Source: Chloroflexota bacterium
GTDB lineage: Bacteria; Chloroflexota; UBA11872; VXNJ01
Direction: 5' to 3'
NCBI GenBank assembly: GCA_965249595.1
Contig: OZ252242.1
Location: forward strand, 1,871,850-1,935,849
Length of the DNA stretch: 64,000 bases
Shown here: one piece after another, positions 26,443 through 34,929 of the stretch
Numbering within the stretch: position 1 is the stretch's first letter
Layout: each line of letters starts with the position of its first letter
Notes under the pieces: model-generated
Databases searched by the model: none
Seen by the model: only the letters and a program-made list of their open reading frames with translations
What the model was told of the DNA's origin: nothing
Program-made: the position numbers and the translations under genes

Positions 26443-28458
26443 TCATTTTCGGCTCCGCCGCCGGTCGAGCGAGTATTCCGGAGCATACGGTCGCCGATCG
26501 ACTAAAAGCTGGTATACGGCGCTGGACCCGCGGATTTCGGTTGGCACGGCCCCGAAGCCGTTGGGCAGGATCAGAAACGGCCGCGATTGCTCACCACCGG
26601 CGCCGCCGTGCACGCTGACCTGGTTTTCAAACGCAACCACCTGGCCGCTTTCGAGCTGAGCGCCGTTAACGATAAGGTCGCCGGAATTCGAATACGATGC
26701 CAGATTGCGGATCGAATCACGGAGCTGGCGAGGATAAGCGGCGAGCGGGTCGGAGCCGTTGAGGGCGTCAGCCGATAGATTTATCATGCCGGCGGCGCCC
26801 TGAACCAGAACCTCGCCGGCCCGATTGCGAGTGATCACAAAATCGATCCCGGGATGATTGGCCAGGGTCGTGATCAATTCGGGGTAAAGATCGGCGATGT
26901 CCTCGACCGCCAATTGACCCGGTTGGCCGGTCAAATATATGTTGGCCAGGTTCCCAGACGGGCAAACGACGATGTCATCGGCGGAAACTTTGCGCAGGGC
27001 CGGTGCCAGCCCGGCCGCTGAGGCGGCCGCCGCGCCGCCCATTCGCTGCAGCAAAGACCGCATCGCAAAGCCCGCCGCGCGGGTTGATTCAGCGGCCGCG
27101 ATCGCCGAGTTGTGACCGGTCAATTCGAGTTCGCTCCGGTTGGTACGAATCCGCACCAACCGGGCGGCGCTGGTGACCAGCTCGGCGAGCGGGTATTCGA
27201 ACAGGCTCTCAAATGGGACGGCGGCGGTCTGTCCGTGGTCAGAGAGGATCACCATCGTGTATTCGCGCGGAGACGACTGGGCCGCCCGCCGCAGCCTGGC
27301 CAAGTGCCGGTCAAGGGTCTTTAGCGACCGCAGCGCGTTACTGCTGCGAGCTCCGCGGTAATGGGCAACCACGTCGTAGCCCACGTAAGTCATATATATC
27401 GCCGGAGTGCCATTGAAGAGTTCGCGGGTGGCAAAAAAGGTGGTCATCTCAGCGAACAGCACGGTGGTCACGGCCCGCTTTATCGGAAAGGTGAAATGCG
27501 CGCCGCCCGAACGCAGCAAGCGCAGTTCGGAAACCGTGGAGACCGCAACTTCAAAGATCATTTCCACGAGCAGGCGGAAAAAGCTGTGTGGGTTTTGGAA
27601 GAACAAAAACGCAGTTTCAAGCTGTTCGCGCATCCGATTTCTGGCTTTTACTTCGCTGGCCGTGGCCAACGCGGTGCTGGCCCCGCCACCTAAGAGATTG
27701 GCGATGCTGGTGCCGCCGCGGAGCAGGGCTCGCGGATGGTCCCGCTGGCGGGCGATGGCCGCCGCGTCGTCGACGTCGGAAGATTCGATCATTCGCCCGG
27801 CCGATTTGTCATACCAGCGAAAACCCGGGATTTCGCTCTCGTCGCCATAGAGGATTCCGGCCTGTGAGGACGATGTTTGAGTCGGCAGTTCGCACCACCA
27901 TTCGCGCACCTCAAATTGCCGGCCCAGTAACCATCGGCGCAGATTTGGCATCCGCCGCGCCTCCACCGCTTCGCGCAGTATTGGTGCCGCCAATCCATCG
28001 ATCTCAACCATCAACAGACCCGGTCCGACCAGCTCCGCATCAGTGGTGCGGGCGGTCAGGCGATGGGCAAAGTAGTAGGAAAAATCATCGTCATCGTCCT
28101 TGAGCGAGAGCACCGTGGCCAGGCTATGGACGACCGTGCTGGCCAGGGCCAGCAGCAGCACGGTACCGATTTCGGCCGGCGGTTGTCCGGGAACCCAATC
28201 TATCGCGACGTTTATGACAACGGCATTTAACACCAGCGACCAGAGGCCCAGCGTTCCGATCACCAGCGGCAGGGTGAATATCAATAGCAGCGGCCGCAGC
28301 AGAATATTGCCCAGCACGATCGCCGCCGCCAACTTCAGGCCCTGCTCCAGATCGGCGACTGAAAATCCGGGCAACAGGAAGGACATCAGTTCCAATGCGC
28401 CCAGCTGCAGGGCAATGACAAATACCGTCTGCCGCAGTACCCGGCCCAGCCGCGGCAT
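26443..28458 (-). CDS. Membrane protein: YvlD/phage-holin-like N-terminus fused to an alkaline-phosphatase-superfamily domain
   Basis: Four N-terminal TM helices (TLGLWSLVLNA), then EIDGL, TQTSSSQAGIL, YDVVAH, LSDHGQ and HGG metal-ligand motifs. Confidence 0.75.
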   Translation of the reverse strand: MPRLGRVLRQTVFVIALQLGALELMSFLLPGFSVADLEQGLKLAAAIVLGNILLRPLLLIFTLPLVIGTLGLWSLVLNAVVINVAIDWVPGQPPAEIGTVLLLALASTVVHSLATVLSLKDDDDDFSYYFAHRLTARTTDAELVGPGLLMVEIDGLAAPILREAVEARRMPNLRRWLLGRQFEVREWWCELPTQTSSSQAGILYGDESEIPGFRWYDKSAGRMIESSDVDDAAAIARQRDHPRALLRGGTSIANLLGGGASTALATASEVKARNRMREQLETAFLFFQNPHSFFRLLVEMIFEVAVSTVSELRLLRSGGAHFTFPIKRAVTTVLFAEMTTFFATRELFNGTPAIYMTYVGYDVVAHYRGARSSNALRSLKTLDRHLARLRRAAQSSPREYTMVILSDHGQTAAVPFESLFEYPLAELVTSAARLVRIRTNRSELELTGHNSAIAAAESTRAAGFAMRSLLQRMGGAAAASAAGLAPALRKVSADDIVVCPSGNLANIYLTGQPGQLAVEDIADLYPELITTLANHPGIDFVITRNRAGEVLVQGAAGMINLSADALNGSDPLAAYPRQLRDSIRNLASYSNSGDLIVNGAQLESGQVVAFENQVSVHGGAGGEQSRPFLILPNGFGAVPTEIRGSSAVYQLLVDRRPYAPEYSLDRRRSRK

Positions 28459-28461
28459 TTA

Positions 28462-29217
28462 TCAAACCCTCAATTTGCTGTTGGAACCGGGCGGGAGCAC
28501 CGCCAGATCAACTCCGGGCGCCAATTCGGCCAAGGCCGACCGGAATTTAGCGACCGGATCCCGATCCGCGGACGCCGCTCGTGGAAGCCAACGCTGCCGA
28601 TAGGCGCCCCAGTGGATAGGGATCACCCAACGCGGTTTCAGCTGGGCGGCGGCCCGGGCTGCCGAGCGGGGATTTAGATGTCCGCGGCCAACCGCGGCGC
28701 CCCAACCGGAAATTGGCAAAAAGGCAAGATCCAATCGTGTCGGCGATGGGCGCATTGACTCGAAGTAATCGGTGTCGCCGGCAAAGTAAAGCGTGCGCGA
28801 ACCCTTTATTTCATACGCCAGGGCCTCGCCGTGCGGACCCATAGGAACCCGTTCGCCGGGATGGACGACCGGGAGGGCCGCTATCGTCAGCCCGAAGCAT
28901 TCGATGCTGTTGCCGATCCCGATCTCGACTGACGGCAGGCCATGCCGGTGGAGAAAATCGCCGGTTCCGGCAGGGGCTATTACCAACGGTCGGCCAGGGA
29001 TGCGCTTTAGTGTCCAGGGGTCGCAATGATCGTGATGCAGGTGCGAAATCAAAACGATGTCGACTGCCGGCAATCGGGCCGGATTCACCTGTGGACAGAT
29101 CCGATCAATGGTCTGGAATAGGCGGCGGCGCAGCAGGGGGTCGGTGAGTATGACGGCGCCGTCAATCTCAATCAGGCAGGTCGCATGGCCCGGATGCGAG
29201 ACCTGACAGCCAGTCAT
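28462..29217 (-). CDS. Metallo-beta-lactamase-fold hydrolase (UlaG/RomA-like)
   Basis: GHAT, LTDP, ISHLHHDH (HxHxDH), FAGDT and PIHWG motifs. Confidence 0.9.
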   Translation of the reverse strand: MTGCQVSHPGHATCLIEIDGAVILTDPLLRRRLFQTIDRICPQVNPARLPAVDIVLISHLHHDHCDPWTLKRIPGRPLVIAPAGTGDFLHRHGLPSVEIGIGNSIECFGLTIAALPVVHPGERVPMGPHGEALAYEIKGSRTLYFAGDTDYFESMRPSPTRLDLAFLPISGWGAAVGRGHLNPRSAARAAAQLKPRWVIPIHWGAYRQRWLPRAASADRDPVAKFRSALAELAPGVDLAVLPPGSNSKLRV

Positions 29218-29285
29218 GGGTTAGGTGCTCTTGCACCCATACTGGGGACGGCGATCAATGATGCCTTGGGCCAGTCGGTGGGCCC

Positions 29286-29317
29286 GGGCCGCGCAACCAG
29301 TGTGCGCGGCCCTTTTT
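29286..29317. terminator. Hairpin downstream of binding-protein copy A (repeated at 31104-31135)
   Basis: GGGCCGCGCA/TGCGCGGCCC 10-bp stem followed by TTTTT on the + strand. Confidence 0.55.
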
Positions 29318-29343
29318 CAAGCGGAGTTATTCCGCCATAAGTC

Positions 29344-30825
29344 CTAGAGGTAGCCGCCCGAGGCTGGCGGGAATGTCCGCTCGGTCGGCTCATCAACTTC
29401 CAGAGCTCGATCGATAGCGGCCTGGGCTTCTTCGTTATATCGCGGTGCAGCTTCACGCGGATCGGCGTTGCCAAGGATGACGGCTTCCTGGAGCTTGGCA
29501 TAGGAAGTCCAGACTTCAGCTGTTGCCGGTCCGTAGTAGAACGCAAACGAGTTCTTTTGGCCGTCAATGAACGGTTGCACTCCCGGAATCGACCGCCGGT
29601 AGGCACTGTAGACGACCGAGTCGCGGAACGAGAAGCGTGGCGGAATTTGGCCGAACGCCGTGCACCAGATCGAGTCGTTTTCAGGGTCGTTACCAATGAA
29701 ATTGGTAAAGTGCCAGCCACCTTCAGAGTTCCTGCCGCCAGCGGGCAACTGCAATGCACCATAACCGATCGGGTTCAGGTTGGAAATCGGGCCGGCCGGC
29801 AGCAGGGCAACGCGCCCAACTTCCACGCCCAGGTTCTGAACGGCATTCTGCAGGCGCGACGGGTAGGCGCCGTAATGGCCCAGCAGGCCGGTGCCAAAGT
29901 CGTTCGTCTGCGAGGTTTCGTCGGCAGCCTTGAATTGGAGTGTTTCAGCATCCACGAACCTGGCCACCCAATCAAAATAATTGATCATTTCGGGGCTGTC
30001 CAGGATGGCCTTGGTTCCGGATTCGTCGACACCGAAGGCGCCGAAGCGGAAAAACCAACCGGTAGAAAGGTTTCCGGTGCCGGTATTGGGCTTGGTCGTC
30101 AGTGACATCCCGGTCACCTCGTCGCCAACCAAGTGAACCCTTGATGCGTTTTCGAACAGCTCTTCGGTCGTCGCCGGCGGAACGTCGGGGTCCAGACCAG
30201 CGGCTCGGTACAGGTCGGCGTTGTAATAAAGCGACATCGTACCGCTGTTGACCGGCATCGCCCACATCTTGCCGCGCCAGGTGATCGACTCGGTAATCGA
30301 CGGGACAAAATCAAAGCTCTGGATGTCCGGTTCGAACTGGTCCAACTCGTGCATGACGCCGCGGCGGAAGAACGCGTTAATCAGAATGGATCCACCAACG
30401 CGAACGACGTCGGGCGGATTGCCACCGGCGATTGCGGCGGTCAGCTTGACGGTCAATTCGTTGTTTGGAACAAGAATCGGGTCCAGCCGGTAGGCGCTTT
30501 GCTGGCGGTGATAGTGGCCGACAACATGCTTTTCAAAGTTTGCTTGCTGGGTGGCCTGGTTGAACCATACGTTGGTGACTTGGGTCACCGGTTGAGCAGC
30601 CTCGCCCTCGACCAAGATCGTCACGACCCTCGTCTCGCCGGCTTCGCCCGGAACCTCAACGGTTACTACCTTGGGTTCGGAGGGAACCTCGACGGTCACT
30701 ACCCTTTCGACAACCTCGGTTACTACCTCGGGGTCGCCACAGCCGGCCAGGGCGGCCGTTGTCGCTAGTCCGGCAGCACCCACCGCGGACACCCGCAGGG
30801 CTGTCCGGCGGCTTACTTTCCGCAT
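29344..30825 (-). CDS. CUT1-type sugar ABC substrate-binding lipoprotein, copy A
   Basis: Tat-like SRRTAL, lipobox LAGC, GNPPD, MPVNS and LYYNADLYRAAGLDP; ATG at 30825 with GGAAGG (GTG at 30840 also possible). Confidence 0.9.
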   Translation of the reverse strand: MRKVSRRTALRVSAVGAAGLATTAALAGCGDPEVVTEVVERVVTVEVPSEPKVVTVEVPGEAGETRVVTILVEGEAAQPVTQVTNVWFNQATQQANFEKHVVGHYHRQQSAYRLDPILVPNNELTVKLTAAIAGGNPPDVVRVGGSILINAFFRRGVMHELDQFEPDIQSFDFVPSITESITWRGKMWAMPVNSGTMSLYYNADLYRAAGLDPDVPPATTEELFENASRVHLVGDEVTGMSLTTKPNTGTGNLSTGWFFRFGAFGVDESGTKAILDSPEMINYFDWVARFVDAETLQFKAADETSQTNDFGTGLLGHYGAYPSRLQNAVQNLGVEVGRVALLPAGPISNLNPIGYGALQLPAGGRNSEGGWHFTNFIGNDPENDSIWCTAFGQIPPRFSFRDSVVYSAYRRSIPGVQPFIDGQKNSFAFYYGPATAEVWTSYAKLQEAVILGNADPREAAPRYNEEAQAAIDRALEVDEPTERTFPPASGGYL

Positions 30826-30887
30826 GCTTTTTCCTTCCACTTAGTGCGCCAGCAACTAACTCGCGCCAATTGTCAAAATAACACGCC

Positions 30888-30908
30888 TTTAAGGACATGA
30901 CCCTTAAA
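30888..30908. promoter_or_regulatory. Candidate operator upstream of copy A (identical at 32706-32726)
   Basis: TTTAAGG-N7-CCTTAAA perfect inverted repeat, 12 bp from a minus-strand TTGACA at 30871-30876. Confidence 0.55.
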
Positions 30909-30948
30909 TTCCGTGCTTCCAATATTAATGGCGGCCGGGCCGCCGACG

Positions 30949-31035
30949 CTAAAGGGCGTCGGTAAATACGACGGCGCCGTCAATCTCAATCAGGCAGGTC
31001 GCATGGCCCGGATGCGAGACCTGACAGCCAGTCAT
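30949..31035 (-). pseudogene. Chimeric 28-codon remnant at the duplication junction (MBL-gene 5' end joined to the transketolase 3' end)
   Basis: Reads MTGCQVSHPGHATCLIEIDGAVVFTDAL*: the MBL N-terminus followed by the DAL* end of the transketolase C subunit. Confidence 0.8.
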
Positions 31036-31161
31036 GGGTTAGGTGCTCTTGCACCCATACTGGGGACGGCGATCAATGATGCCTTGGGCCAGTCGGTGGG
31101 CCCGGGCCGCGCAACCAGTGTGCGCGGCCCTTTTTCAAGCGGAGTTATTCCGCCATAAGTC

Positions 31162-32643
31162 CTAGAGGTAGCCGCCCGAGGATGGCGGGAATGTCCGCTC
31201 GGTCGGCTCATCATCTTCCAGAGCTCGATCGATAGCGGCCTGGGCTTCTTCGTTATATCGCGGTGCAGCTTCACGCGGATCGGCGTTGCCAAGGATGACG
31301 GCTTCCTGGAGCTTGCCAAAGGAAGTCCAGACTTCAGCTGTTGCCGGTCCGTAGTAGAACGCAAACGAGTTCTTTTGGCCGTCAATGAACGGTTGCACTC
31401 CCGGAATCGACCGCCGGTAGGCACTGTAGACGACCGAGTCGCGGAACGAGAAGCGTGGCGGAATTTGGCCGAACGCCGTGCACCAGATCGAGTCGTTTTC
31501 AGGGTCGTTACCAATGAAATTGGTAAAGTGCCAGCCACCTTCAGAGTTCCTGCCGCCAACCGGCAACTGCAGGACCCCAACACCAATCGGGTTCAGGTTG
31601 GAAATCGGGCCGGCCGGCAGCAGGGCAACGCGCCCAACTTCCACGCCCAGGTTCTGAACGGCATTCTGCAGGCGCGACGGGTAGGCGGCGTAATGGCCCA
31701 GCAGGCCGGTGCCAAAGTCGTTCGTCTGCGAGGTTTCGTCGGCGGACTTGAACTGGAGTATTTCGGCATCCACGAACCTGGCCACCCAATCAAAATAGTT
31801 GAGCATTTCGGGGCTGTCCAGGAGAGCCTTGGTTCCGGATTCGTCGACACCGAAGGCGCCGTGGCGAAAGAATAATCCGGAAGAGGTGTTTCCAGTGCCC
31901 AAATTGGGCTTGGTCGGCAGCGACATCCCGGTGACCTCGTCGCCAACCGAATCAATCTTCTGCGAGTTCACAAAGAGCTCTTCGGTCGTCGCCGGCGGGG
32001 AGTCGGGGTCCAGACCAGCGGCTCGGTACAGGTCGGCGTTGTAATAAAGCGACATCGTACCGCTGTTGACCGGCATCGCCCACATCTTGCCGCGCCAGGT
32101 GAGTGCCTGGGTAATCGACGGGACAAAATCAAAGCTCTGGATGTCCGGTTCGAACTGGTCCAACTCGTGCATGACGCCGCGGCGGAAGAACGCGTTAGAC
32201 AGGGTAATTCCACCAACGCGAACGGCGTCGGGCGGATTGCCACCGGCGATTGCGGCGGTCAGCTTGACGGTCAATTCGTTGTTTGGAACAAGAATCGGGT
32301 CCAGCCGGTAGGCGCTTTGCTGGCGGTGATAGTGGCCGACAACATGCTTTTCAAAGTTTGCTTGCTGGGTGGCCTGGTTGAACCATACGTTGGTGACTTG
32401 GGTCACCGGTTGAGCAGCCTCGCCCTCGACCAAGATCGTCACGACCCTCGTCTCGCCGGCTTCGCCCGGAACCTCAACGGTTACTACCTTGGGTTCGGAG
32501 GGAACCTCGACGGTCACTACCCTTTCGACAACCTCGGTTACTACCTCGGGGTCGCCACAGCCGGCCAGGGCGGCCGTTGTCGCTAGTCCGGCAGCACCCA
32601 CCGCGGACACCCGCAGGGCTGTCCGGCGGCTTACTTTCCGCAT
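31162..32643 (-). CDS. CUT1-type sugar ABC substrate-binding lipoprotein, copy B
   Basis: Paralog of copy A with about 33 amino-acid differences by manual count. Confidence 0.9.
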   Translation of the reverse strand: MRKVSRRTALRVSAVGAAGLATTAALAGCGDPEVVTEVVERVVTVEVPSEPKVVTVEVPGEAGETRVVTILVEGEAAQPVTQVTNVWFNQATQQANFEKHVVGHYHRQQSAYRLDPILVPNNELTVKLTAAIAGGNPPDAVRVGGITLSNAFFRRGVMHELDQFEPDIQSFDFVPSITQALTWRGKMWAMPVNSGTMSLYYNADLYRAAGLDPDSPPATTEELFVNSQKIDSVGDEVTGMSLPTKPNLGTGNTSSGLFFRHGAFGVDESGTKALLDSPEMLNYFDWVARFVDAEILQFKSADETSQTNDFGTGLLGHYAAYPSRLQNAVQNLGVEVGRVALLPAGPISNLNPIGVGVLQLPVGGRNSEGGWHFTNFIGNDPENDSIWCTAFGQIPPRFSFRDSVVYSAYRRSIPGVQPFIDGQKNSFAFYYGPATAEVWTSFGKLQEAVILGNADPREAAPRYNEEAQAAIDRALEDDEPTERTFPPSSGGYL

Positions 32644-32766
32644 GCTTTTTCCTTCCACTTAGTGCGCCAGCAACTAACTCGCGCCAATTGTCAAAATAAC
32701 ACGCCTTTAAGGACATGACCCTTAAATTCCGTGCTTCCAATATTAATGGCGGCCGGGCCGCCGACG

Positions 32767-33786
32767 CTAAAGGGCGTCGGATCGATAGTCCGCTCGCGTC
32801 GACTCAAAACCGACCTGCGCCAGGTCGCCATCGGCAATACCCAACCTGTCGCCCACCAATTGCTCGGCCGCCCGGACCAGCGCCAACCCATCCATGTTGT
32901 GGAGGCGCAGCAGGTAGTCCGGATTGGCCCCGTGGGCATACGTATCCTTTAGGCCCAGGCGCACCAATTTGGAGCCGAGCCCTTCGGCGGCGATGGTTTC
33001 GGCGACCGCTGTCCCCAGCCCACCGACCGTTAGATGGTTCTCCAGGGTGATCACCCCCAGGCGGCCGCGCCCGATCGATTCGGCGATCTGGGGATCGTCA
33101 AACGGCTTTAGGGTCGAGACGTGGACGTGTTCTACCGAAAGCCCGCGCTGCCGCAATAAGGTAACCGCGCGGATCGCATGCTCGGTGACGAGTCCAGATG
33201 AAACAACGGTCAGGTCTTCGCCACGTTCGAGCACTCGAACACGGTCAATGACGAACGGTTCCGATTCAGGGAAGAGGCGCGGGATGCGGCCACGGTTCAT
33301 CCGCGCGTAAACCGGGCCCGGATGTTGGTAGATCGCCTCCAGTACGGTTTCGATTTCGGTGGCGTCTCCGGCGTCGATGACCGTCATGTTGGGCAGCGGG
33401 CGCATCAACGCCACATCATCGATCGCGTGGTGGGTGGCCCCGCCGGGGGAGATGATGCCCGGCAAAAACCCCAATATCTTGACCGGCGTGTTCGGGTAGG
33501 CAACCGCCATCTCGATCTGGTCCATCACCCGACGGGTGGCAAATACACCAAAAGTGTGAACGAATGGGACAAGCCCCTCGCGGGCCATTCCGCCGGCGAA
33601 TCCGATCATGTTCTGTTCGGCCATCCCCATTGAGATACACCGCTGGGGGAACTGTTCGCGGAACAACCCCAGTTCGCAGGGCCGCGTAAGGTCGGCAGTG
33701 AGCGCATAGACGTCGCTGTGGCGCTCGGCAAAACGCGGGAAATTGTGATGGTGCGGCCGTACGACATAGTGTCCGTTTGTAATCAT
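32767..33786 (-). CDS. Split transketolase, C-terminal subunit
   Basis: TADL, GMAEQNMIG, GGATHHA, VYARMNR and LENHLTVGGLG motifs. Confidence 0.9.
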   Translation of the reverse strand: MITNGHYVVRPHHHNFPRFAERHSDVYALTADLTRPCELGLFREQFPQRCISMGMAEQNMIGFAGGMAREGLVPFVHTFGVFATRRVMDQIEMAVAYPNTPVKILGFLPGIISPGGATHHAIDDVALMRPLPNMTVIDAGDATEIETVLEAIYQHPGPVYARMNRGRIPRLFPESEPFVIDRVRVLERGEDLTVVSSGLVTEHAIRAVTLLRQRGLSVEHVHVSTLKPFDDPQIAESIGRGRLGVITLENHLTVGGLGTAVAETIAAEGLGSKLVRLGLKDTYAHGANPDYLLRLHNMDGLALVRAAEQLVGDRLGIADGDLAQVGFESTRADYRSDAL

Positions 33787-34736
33787 GCCGCTTGCGCCTT
33801 AAGGATGGAGAGGCGCCGTTCGAAGGCGGTCTGCTCTTCGGGGTCGGAAAAGATCACGTAGTGCAATTCGGGCAGCCGCGGGGCCATTTCCGGTATGCCG
33901 CGCATCGGGTCGGTACGGGCGATGACGAATAAAGTTTGGCCCGGGCTGTGGGATTGCGGAATGGCCAAAAGGGCATCTATATCATTCCCGTCAATCTCAA
34001 GCACCCGCGCGCCGAAGGCGTCCAGGCGTCCCGCGATTGGCTCGGTGCGCATGACACTATCCAGCAGGCCATCGACCTGTTGCCCGTTGGCGTCGATGAT
34101 TACCGTGAGGTTGTCTAAGTCGTGAAAGGCGCAGGCCGCGACGGCCTCCCAGGTTTGACCTTCCTGCAATTCGCCATCGGACATGAACAGCCAGGTACGA
34201 CCGCTTTCGCCCTTGACCCGCCGGGCAAAAGCAATACCGGCGGCCTGTGAGAGCGATTGCCCAAAGGATCCCGAAGTTATCGCGATTCCCGGCGAATGCT
34301 CGGCCCCAATTCGCTCCATAACCGCCCCATCTTCCTCAACCTGCGAGAGGGCTGCCGGCGAGAGCCGCCCGACCTCGACCAGCGCCGAATAGAGGGCGAG
34401 CGAGTAGTGGGTGGGCGAGAAGATGAAGCGATCCAGGTCCGGGGCGCGCGGTCCGTTGTAGCGGTCGCCGTCAAAGTGATCGGGGTTGTGAGCCGATGGC
34501 ACGCCCGAAAACGGGGGCGGCAGGGCCGGCGCAACCGAGGGTCCCAACTGCATCAGGCGGGTGTAGAGAGTCGCCAGTATCTCGGCCGATGAACAGCTCT
34601 GGGAAAGGTAACCGCCTCCCAGTTGCAATGAGCTTTCCAGGGTGTGAATCCGGATGCCCAGTGCCACTCGAGCCGGGTCGAGGCTCCCGGGTTCGATGGC
34701 CGCAGCGTGCATCTGCTCGCCGTTGCGGTCGTTCAT
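33783..34736 (-). CDS. Split transketolase, N-terminal (ThDP-binding) subunit
   Basis: DRFIFSPTH, GSFGQS and SDGELQEGQTWEA...DAN; ATGA overlap with the C subunit. Confidence 0.88.
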   Translation of the reverse strand: MNDRNGEQMHAAAIEPGSLDPARVALGIRIHTLESSLQLGGGYLSQSCSSAEILATLYTRLMQLGPSVAPALPPPFSGVPSAHNPDHFDGDRYNGPRAPDLDRFIFSPTHYSLALYSALVEVGRLSPAALSQVEEDGAVMERIGAEHSPGIAITSGSFGQSLSQAAGIAFARRVKGESGRTWLFMSDGELQEGQTWEAVAACAFHDLDNLTVIIDANGQQVDGLLDSVMRTEPIAGRLDAFGARVLEIDGNDIDALLAIPQSHSPGQTLFVIARTDPMRGIPEMAPRLPELHYVIFSDPEEQTAFERRLSILKAQAA

Positions 34737-34759
34737 TATTTGTCCAATCCCAGGTTGGG

Positions 34760-34832
34760 AGCCCACATCCGGAATTGAACCGGAGACCTCATTCTTACCA
34801 AGAATGCGCTCTTCCTACTGAGCTATGTGGGC
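34760..34832 (-). tRNA. tRNA-Thr(GGT)
   Basis: GCCCACA acceptor, CATTC-TT GGT AA-GAATG anticodon arm, TTCAATT T-loop. Confidence 0.95.
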
Positions 34833-34929
34833 GCGCGGGAAACGTGAGTTCACCGGAACGGTTGCGCGTCGATCGCCCAAGATTTTATTGACCTTGGCCG
34901 CATGCATCCGCCGTGATGGGAAAATTCGG

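Larger units (their letters stand above)
29140..32780. repeat. Tandem duplication with 1,818-bp period (about 29145-30962 and 30963-32780)
   Basis: Constant offset of 1818; AGGG(G/C)GTCGG at 29135-29144, 30953-30962 and 32771-32780; long identical blocks. Confidence 0.95.

Noticed and set aside
29214-29762. Duplicated alternative-frame ORFs (29214-29762 and 31032-31586; 30656-30922 and 32474-32740)
   Set aside because: By-products of the tandem duplication in non-coding frames.
29344-32658. Diversity-generating retroelement (template/variable repeat pair) as the cause of the paralog differences
   Set aside because: Differences are not adenine-specific (for example GCC/GGC and GCC/TCC), both copies are full genes, and no reverse transcriptase is in the window.
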